The position numbers and the translations under genes were made by a program. This document shows, one piece after another, positions 18,771 through 26,100 of a DNA stretch of 64,000 nt. Under the pieces are notes generated by a model. That model saw only the letters and a program-made list of their open reading frames with translations, searched no databases and had not been told where the DNA came from. The stretch spans positions 352,001-416,000 of the forward strand of contig CAVQBK010000003.1 of the NCBI GenBank assembly GCA_963710755.1. Direction: 5' to 3'. The stretch's first letter is position 1. Every line of letters starts with the position of its first letter. This stretch comes from an uncultured bacterium. GTDB lineage: Bacteria; Oederibacteriota; JAAXVQ01; JAUVAV01.

Positions 18771-19892
18771 ATGAGCAAAGGATTTTATTTTAGCCGGGCC
18801 TGGTCTATCAGCAAGAAGGAATTCCGGCATTTTATACGCGATCCCTTTACCTTGGCCCTGGCTTTGGGTGTGCCCATGATGTTGGTCATCTTTTTTGGCT
18901 ATTCCATTGACTTCAATGTCAAAGACGTACAGCTGGTTAGTGTAGACCAGGATCACAGCCGCGCTTCCCGGCAACTTTTGGATATTATCAACAGCACCCA
19001 GTATATCCAAACCGAACCATTGGCGCCGGGAGAAAACATGCTGGCCAAAATGGACAGGGAAGAAGCCAAGGGGACGATGATCATCCAACCTCGTTTTGGC
19101 CGTCATCTGGGGCAAAGCCGTCCCAGCCAGGTTCAGATTCTTCTCGACGGTGCTGATAATGCCAGTACGGGTATTATCCTCAGTTATCTGGCAGGCATTG
19201 AAAAATCGGCACAGGCGCAATTGTTGGGGCACAAGCTGCCCGAACCAGTGGCCGTAAAAGCGCGTTATTTATTCAATCCCGAACTCAACAGCAAATGGTT
19301 TGTAGTGCCCGGGTTGATTGTGGTGGTGATTGGGATTTTTTCAATTTTATTAACCGCGTTGACTGTGGCCCGGGAATGGGAAACCGGGTCCATGGAATTG
19401 TTATTATCCACCCCGGTCAGGCCCCTGGAAATCATTGTGGGCAAACTAACCCCCTATTTTGGGTTGGTTTCCTTGAATGTTTTTGTCATCTATTTAATCG
19501 CCCGACTCCAATTTGGCCTGCCTTTCCGAGGGAGTCATTGGCTGTTTATTTTGGGTGCCAGTTTGTTTTTGATCATGTGTCTGGCCCAGGGTCTGGTTAT
19601 TTCCGTTCTGACCCGTCAACAGCAACTGGCCATGCAATTGGCCCTGATCACCGGCATGCTTCCCACGTTTTTATTGTCAGGGTTTATTTTCCCCATTGAA
19701 AGCATGCCGTCCTTTTTTCAATACTTGACCTACATCCTGGCTCCCCGCTGGTTCATGGTGATCAGCCGGGGATTGTTTCTCAAGGGCGCCGGTTTGCAGG
19801 AGTTGGCTCAGCCGCTGCTCATGCTGCTTATTATCAGCAGTCTGATCGTGGCGGTGGCTTTAAAACGGTTTAAAAAGGATCTGGAACCATGA
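18771..19892 (+). CDS. ABC-2 permease (YbhS-like)
   Basis: KEFRHFIRDP, FNPELNS..FVVPG, AREWETGSMELL, LSGFIFPIESMP. Confidence 0.9.
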   Translation: MSKGFYFSRAWSISKKEFRHFIRDPFTLALALGVPMMLVIFFGYSIDFNVKDVQLVSVDQDHSRASRQLLDIINSTQYIQTEPLAPGENMLAKMDREEAKGTMIIQPRFGRHLGQSRPSQVQILLDGADNASTGIILSYLAGIEKSAQAQLLGHKLPEPVAVKARYLFNPELNSKWFVVPGLIVVVIGIFSILLTALTVAREWETGSMELLLSTPVRPLEIIVGKLTPYFGLVSLNVFVIYLIARLQFGLPFRGSHWLFILGASLFLIMCLAQGLVISVLTRQQQLAMQLALITGMLPTFLLSGFIFPIESMPSFFQYLTYILAPRWFMVISRGLFLKGAGLQELAQPLLMLLIISSLIVAVALKRFKKDLEP

Positions 19893-20989
19893 ACAGCACT
19901 ATTATGGGGTTCATTAAAAAGGAATTTGCCCAGACCCTGCGCGATCCGCGCATGCGTCTGCTTTTGTTCGTGGCGCCCATTATCCAATTGCTCTTGTTGG
20001 GTTACGCCATTTCCAATGAAGTGAAGAATGTGAAACTGGCGGTGCTTTACAGCGTTGGGGATACCTTGTCAGAAAAAATTGAGGAACATTGCGCTCACAT
20101 TGAGAGTTTTCGCCTTATTGACGGACGGGGACAGGATCCCATGTTTTTGATCGAGTCCGGCCAGGCTGATGCCGTGCTGATCGCTCCGGCCCGGGGGTTG
20201 ACCCGCACCCTTGCCCGAGGGGAGGGACGCCTGCAATTGCTGATTGATGCCACCAATGTGCTGCGCGCGCGCAGTGTGGAACAATATGTGCGGGCAATTG
20301 TAGCTAAGACCGTAGCAGGACAATTTTCCGGTTTAGCCAGCCCGGTACCTTTTTCCTTCGATGTACGCGTGCTTTATAATCCGGCCATGAACACCTCTTA
20401 TTTTCTAGTTCCCGGCGTCATGGCCTTGCTGCTATGTCTGCTCACAGTCATCATGACCAGCATGTCCCTGGTGCGCGAACGGGAATTGGGCACCTTTGAA
20501 ACCCTGGTCAGTGCTCCGGTTAGCAACAGCGAAATTCTGCTGGGCAAGACCCTGCCTTATGTGCTGTTGGGCATAATGCAGATGCTGCTTATTCTTATGG
20601 CAGCGCTTTTTATCTTCCGGCTGCCCATGACCGGCGCGTGGTGGAAATTTGCCCTGGCGGCGGTGGTGTATATCTGCACGACCATTGCCGTGGGGATTTT
20701 TATCTCCACCATTGCCCGCAATCAACAACAAGCCATGATGGGCAGCTTCATGTTTCTTTTTTCCGGCATCCTGCTGTCAGGGTTGATGTTTCCCGTAGAG
20801 AATATGCCGGAGGTGATCAGGGGCATTGCCTATCTTAATCCCATCAAGTATTTTTTAACTTTACTGCGTAACATTATGCTAAAAGGCGGGGATAATATGG
20901 TGTTCTGGACTAATTTGGGGGCGCTGGTCCTGCTGGCTGTGGGCATGATGGGATTATCGCTCAACCGCTTCCGGCAAACCTTAAATTAA
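19889..20989 (+). CDS. ABC-2 permease (YbhR-like)
   Basis: KEFAQTLRDP, YNPAMN...VPG, RERELGTFETL, LSGLMFPVENMP. Confidence 0.9.
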   Translation: MNSTIMGFIKKEFAQTLRDPRMRLLLFVAPIIQLLLLGYAISNEVKNVKLAVLYSVGDTLSEKIEEHCAHIESFRLIDGRGQDPMFLIESGQADAVLIAPARGLTRTLARGEGRLQLLIDATNVLRARSVEQYVRAIVAKTVAGQFSGLASPVPFSFDVRVLYNPAMNTSYFLVPGVMALLLCLLTVIMTSMSLVRERELGTFETLVSAPVSNSEILLGKTLPYVLLGIMQMLLILMAALFIFRLPMTGAWWKFALAAVVYICTTIAVGIFISTIARNQQQAMMGSFMFLFSGILLSGLMFPVENMPEVIRGIAYLNPIKYFLTLLRNIMLKGGDNMVFWTNLGALVLLAVGMMGLSLNRFRQTLN

Positions 20990-21091
20990 ATGGTCTGCGC
21001 AACGCCTGAGGAAATCCGAGCCCATAGTCAAAAATTCCATCCACACTTTTATTCAACGAACGCCTCCGTACTGTCTGGCGAGGAAGCATTT

Positions 21092-21616
21092 TCATTTCAG
21101 GCTAAAATTTTCCTTTAGGACTCTTTCCAATAGCTTTTTATCCTCGGCCGACATCTGGGCGCCCGCGTTTTTTATCAATTTAAGGCGTGTGTTCAATCCT
21201 TCCACCATTTGATTAAAGGCCCTCTCCATATCGTGCAATTCGTCATGCTGCCGGATATGCATGGAGATATTCAACTCCCCATTTTCCACTGTTTTGAGCA
21301 TACGCTTTAAATTGAACAGCGGCCCGGCAATGCGATGGGAGTAGAGCAGGCCAAAGACCAAAACAAAGATAACCCCCAGAATAAGGGCAATTAAAATCGG
21401 CAGCCAGAGTCCTTCCAAAACGGATTTAAGTTGAAGATGCCACGATGTTCCCTGAAGCATGGTCTTGGCATGGTGTGATGACATTAATTCGGCAAAGCCC
21501 ATAGCCAAACCATGGGCAATCAGCAATACACCCAAAACCAACAAACAGATGTACACGATCATTTTGGTTTGCAAAGGTTTGTTGATTAAATATTGACGCC
21601 GTCTATTTTTTTCCAT
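21092..21616 (-). CDS. Two-TM HAMP-domain protein
   Basis: RRRQYLINKPLQ, two TMs, SHRIAGPL...IRQHDELHDMERAFNQM (HAMP). No output domain. Confidence 0.8.
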   Translation of the reverse strand: MEKNRRRQYLINKPLQTKMIVYICLLVLGVLLIAHGLAMGFAELMSSHHAKTMLQGTSWHLQLKSVLEGLWLPILIALILGVIFVLVFGLLYSHRIAGPLFNLKRMLKTVENGELNISMHIRQHDELHDMERAFNQMVEGLNTRLKLIKNAGAQMSAEDKKLLERVLKENFSLK

Positions 21617-21681
21617 GATTACAAATCCTTTCTGTGCGATGCTGTGACCTCTGCCAATGTCAGCGGCTTAAACAGCCCACT

Positions 21682-22131
21682 TTAAATGAGATTGGGCTTT
21701 TGCAGATAAAAATCCTTTAAAAATTCGTCAAAGATAGCCTGGTCGTCATCGGCCACTGCGGTAAATTCCACGCCATAAGCAAATTTATTGCCTGCAAAAG
21801 GCAGTCGCCAGACGATCCGGCTCTGAATCTGGACAGGAATGCACTCTTCTTCATGCCAGGCGGTCAAACTCAGATCGGGTGACCGTTTTTCCTTGGGCGG
21901 AAGATAAAGTATGATCGACAGTTTCTGGCCTTTTTCCATTTTTAGATCACTGAACAGGGCCAAGCCATTGGCACTGATGTTTTCAGAGCGTCCGCCATCA
22001 ATACAACCGGAATCGGCGACATTGATAGAATCCGTTGGGATAAGGTTAAATTTCAGGCTCAGGGTCAGTGGTTTTCTGGGAAACCGGCGCCGTTCCGCAA
22101 TTATATGACTTTTATATTCATTGGGCGTCAT
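21682..22131 (-). CDS. PilZ-domain c-di-GMP receptor
   Basis: ERRRFPR (RxxxR), NISANG ((D/N)xSxxG), YGVEF. Confidence 0.85.
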   Translation of the reverse strand: MTPNEYKSHIIAERRRFPRKPLTLSLKFNLIPTDSINVADSGCIDGGRSENISANGLALFSDLKMEKGQKLSIILYLPPKEKRSPDLSLTAWHEEECIPVQIQSRIVWRLPFAGNKFAYGVEFTAVADDDQAIFDEFLKDFYLQKPNLI

Positions 22132-22178
22132 AGGCTCTATGCTCCGTCATAGGTCTTGATTTCCAGGACCTGCATTTA

Positions 22179-22205
22179 GTATCGGAAGGGCGTAGGAGGG
22201 CTTGA
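22179..22205 (-). promoter_or_regulatory. Sigma28-like promoter upstream of the PilZ gene
   Basis: Minus strand TCAA-N15-TCCGATAC. Confidence 0.45.
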
Positions 22206-22257
22206 AATATATTTTTTAGTTTTTTGAAGTAAACACCAGGCTCCTGTCCTGGGCAAA

Positions 22258-22695
22258 CTATTGGGCGAAGTTGGGGATATGCATATCAAAATCGTTTAAA
22301 AATTCCTGAAAGGCTGATTTGGATGCCGGCGCAATGGCTGTGAATTCCACCCCGTAAGCATATTTGCTGCCAATAAAGGGCATCTGCCAGACAATACGGC
22401 CCTGAATGCTTACTTTAACTGTCTCACTTTCTTCCCACGTCATTTGGCTTAGATCGCCACGCCGCTTGTCCTGGGGTGGCAGATAAAGGGTCAAGTTAAG
22501 TTTATCGTCAGGACGCAATTCCAATTCACTGTAAAGCGCCAGCCCACTGGCACTGATATTCTGGGTTTGCGTGATTTTTTGTGAGCGCACAATATCTTCT
22601 CCGCATTTGGCTGCAAAGGTCAGGCTAAGACTGATGGGTTTGCGCGGGAACTGACGCCGTTCCGAAAACTCCTCGAAAATGGGAGGTTCACTCAT
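22258..22695 (-). CDS. PilZ-domain c-di-GMP receptor (tandem paralog)
   Basis: Likely start MSEPP at 22695 with RBS AGGAG. ERRQFPR, NISASG, YGVEF. Similar throughout to 21682-22131. Confidence 0.85.
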   Translation of the reverse strand: MSEPPIFEEFSERRQFPRKPISLSLTFAAKCGEDIVRSQKITQTQNISASGLALYSELELRPDDKLNLTLYLPPQDKRRGDLSQMTWEESETVKVSIQGRIVWQMPFIGSKYAYGVEFTAIAPASKSAFQEFLNDFDMHIPNFAQ

Positions 22696-22956
22696 GAAGT
22701 CACTCCTGTGAAAACTGGTACTGACGCCATGTTTAGTAACGGATAACCTTGTAAAATCATAAAAGAATTCCTGAGGCCAAGCATACGCTTCCTGGCCGCG
22801 CCTTGCGATTTCTGTAAATAGGTTTTCGCTCCACCAAGCCATCAAATTTCCTGCAGATGAATGGGAACGTAGTAAAAAACAACCAATTAAACTGTTACAA
22901 AATAGATCAGAGCAGAGGCAATATGCGGACAAACTGATTATTGCATAAGCCGGGAT

Positions 22957-22985
22957 TTGACCCGCATTTGGAATGACGGTATAGT
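22957..22985 (+). promoter_or_regulatory. Sigma70 promoter of the giant gene
   Basis: TTGACC-17 bp-TATAGT about 130 bp upstream of ATG 23114. Confidence 0.6.
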
Positions 22986-23113
22986 TAATGGATGCGTTAT
23001 TTCTTTAAATTAAGGCAAATACGATAAATGACAACCAGGGCAGCAAAGGAAGCGACGCCATGAGGAGTGGCGACCGACGGCTGCCTGACCAAGGCTGTTA
23101 GGGAAAAATTGCG

Positions 23114-26100
23114 ATGACCATCAGGACCTTATTTAAACATCAGGCGTTACGTTTATTGGTAACCATCCTGCAGCTCTGTCTGCTGGCTCCTGATTATGCT
23201 TGGGCTTTGCATCCAGGCCAGTTTAGGGCGCGGCCCAACGAATTCATCTTCCACGGCAAGGCGATGATTATTCCGAGTCAATTTGGCCGGATTCAAAGCC
23301 AGGCGCTGGCGACCCGGCCCAAAGGGCTGGTGCTGCATATCGAAGATCTGCACTGTCACGCCGAGGTTCAGCAAAACATTGCCTCATTACTAAACTATCT
23401 GCAGGTCCATACCCGTCTGAGTCTGGTGGGGCTGGAAGGCGCCAGCGGGCCGGTACCCACCGATAAACTTAAAACCTTTCCACTTGCTCAGATCAGATCC
23501 CAACTCGGCGTCTATTTAATGCGACAAGGCCGCCTATCGGGCGCGGAATTATTTGCAACTTTAAGTTCAAATCATATTGAGTTGATGGGCATGGAGGATC
23601 AGACCAGCTATGACCGAAGTTATCAATTGGCGCTGAGTTTTTTAGACGAAGAAACAGCAGGGAGTCTATGGGATTTGCGCGCTTTGTTCAATGACCTCAA
23701 ACCACGAATTTATTCCAAACCGTTAATGGCTTTCGATCAGGGCAAGGAAGCTTTTGAACAAGGCCGGTGGCCTTTGATTAATTATTTAAAGCACCTCAAA
23801 CGCTTTGCCCGGGCGCAAGGCATGAAGGGTAAGGCTTTTACTCTTGTAAACGCTTATTTAAAATATGGTCAATCAAACTTCATTACCTCAGAAGACCTTC
23901 ATGAGGCTGCGTACGTTTTAGACCGGTCGCTTAGAAACAACCTTTATATAAATAATGAAGAAAAGGAGTTGGACGATAAGCTAAACCTGTTGGACCGGAT
24001 GGAAAAAGGACTGTCACTGAGCATGACGCCGCAGGAGTGGACGGCTTGGCAAACAGAAGGAAACGGGCTGAAGCAAATGGTCCGTTTTTTAGAGCATCAT
24101 CAAGTGGATGTGCAAATGCTGCTCGAGCCGGTGGCCGCGCTAGGAAAAAAAATCAAGGCTGTTCAAGCGTTTTACTATTTAGCGGATGAGCGAAGCCGGC
24201 AATTGGCGGATCATCTGACGATCCAAATGAAAAACCGCGGTCTGCCTTTGGCTGTGCTTGTCACTGGAGGATTTCATACAAGCGGGGTAAAACAACGGTT
24301 GATCAACCAGGGATATTCGGTAGTAACTATCCGTCCCAGAATCACCAAACAAGACCTGGTCAACCCTTACCTGGATAGGCTGCGCCATCATTATTCCCCT
24401 TTGGAAAAATTGCTGGCCCAGAATCAAAAAGCTCTGGCTCTTCCTCCCGGGCTGTTGCAGCCTGAGGTCAAAGATAAAATCGATGTGCTCTTTAAAGCTC
24501 TGCTTTGTTATCGCTATCGCCATCTTTTAGCTGAAGATGTTAACTTATTTTGGTCCCAACTGAGGAAAATGTTGGACACTTATCCTCATAACAATCACGC
24601 CATTCAACTAAATGCGTCGGGGGTTAAACTTCTTTCCGGGCAGGTTCTGCAAATTAATCTGTTAACCAAGATAAAAAAAATGTTTCTGACCGTAGGGGCA
24701 AGACAAGAGCAAGCCCAAGGTCGCGAACAGATGGATATTACCAATCGCATCAGCGTTACCTACTGGGATAAGGAGCCTGCCGAGGCTAGTCCGGGGTATC
24801 GGGCGGGGGAGAATAATAGGCGCCGGCGCTTTCACCACGCCAAAACCAAAGTCCTCACCGTGGCTAGGGGCTTAATGATAGCAACCATGAGTTGGTGGTC
24901 TCAGACCGTTTGGGGTAATCCATCGGGGTATCGCAAAATAGTGGCTTTGGAAGATGTGGTTTTCTCGCAAGAAATGTTGACCATCCTCGTGATCCTGTGG
25001 GTGGCTTTTGCCGGATTTTGGGCTGTAGTGGGCGTGGTGCACTGGATAATCAAGATTATTAAAAATGGGAAAAAGCAAAAAAACGCTCAACCGCCTGAGG
25101 CGTTTTATCCCGGCGTCACGTTGTCCCAAAAACTGGATAACTATTATGAACACCAGATTCATTCCAAATTAGACAAAAATCAAATCGACCTTTATGCCCT
25201 TTATCTTCTCTCGCTGGACCACACCAAAAGCACGACCCAGAACATGATCTTCCGTGAATTCCTTAATCGTGAAAATGGTCTTGATTATATGATTTTTAAA
25301 AAAGAGGCTATCATCGAGGCGGCACAACAGTTGGCGAGATCGACAGATTACCCCAAGGAAAAAATTATGGCCATTCCCAAGACCATCAGTAACGCCATTG
25401 ATGGAATTAAAAATCAATACCAAGTTGTACCCAAAGCCCTGGCCAAGTTGGTGCAGTACCATTTACCAGGTCTGATTGATTTATCGGCGTTTTTGTCCGG
25501 TCTGGCGGTAAAACAACAGCTGAAGTTTAAAAATGGCCAATTGGAAGCCTGGCAGGATTACGGGCTGGCCCAGCATAAGGCAGGTGTGGTCAACACACCG
25601 GCAGGTCCTTTGGTAAGTTTCCAATTTCCTTTTGATGAAGAGACCCATACTGGAAAAAGTGAACGGTTTTTTCAAGGCGCCTTAATTTCGCTGCTGCTCT
25701 TATCCATGGCTATGGTTACAGGCCTGTTCACCCCCACGCTACCGTCAGGTATGGTCTCACTGGTATCGCGTCATTTACCACTTTGGCTGGGGATAAAAGT
25801 GCTCAATTTATTTGTTTTGGTCCCACAGTTGATGTTGGCCGGTGTGGCTGCAGGCTTGCTACTTTTTATTTTGCATATGTGGGGACAGTATGCTCTTTTT
25901 TTACGATCAGGGCCAAGTGCGCCTTGGATAATCATGAGCAGTTCCTTATTGCAAGGTATGGCACTGGGTTTGGGCTCTTTCTCCACTTCCCGGACAAGGC
26001 AGCCTGGTGTTGGAAATAAGAAGCATCTTTTTTGGGGAAACCTGCATCAACTTGGTTTGATTGAATCGATTCGTAAAATGGCGAAAAAAATAAACCAACG

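Noticed and set aside
18396-19232. 278-aa minus-strand ORF (and similar ones at 34943-35701, 43719-44381, 47394-48125)
   Set aside because: Antisense to well-supported genes, with no independent signals.
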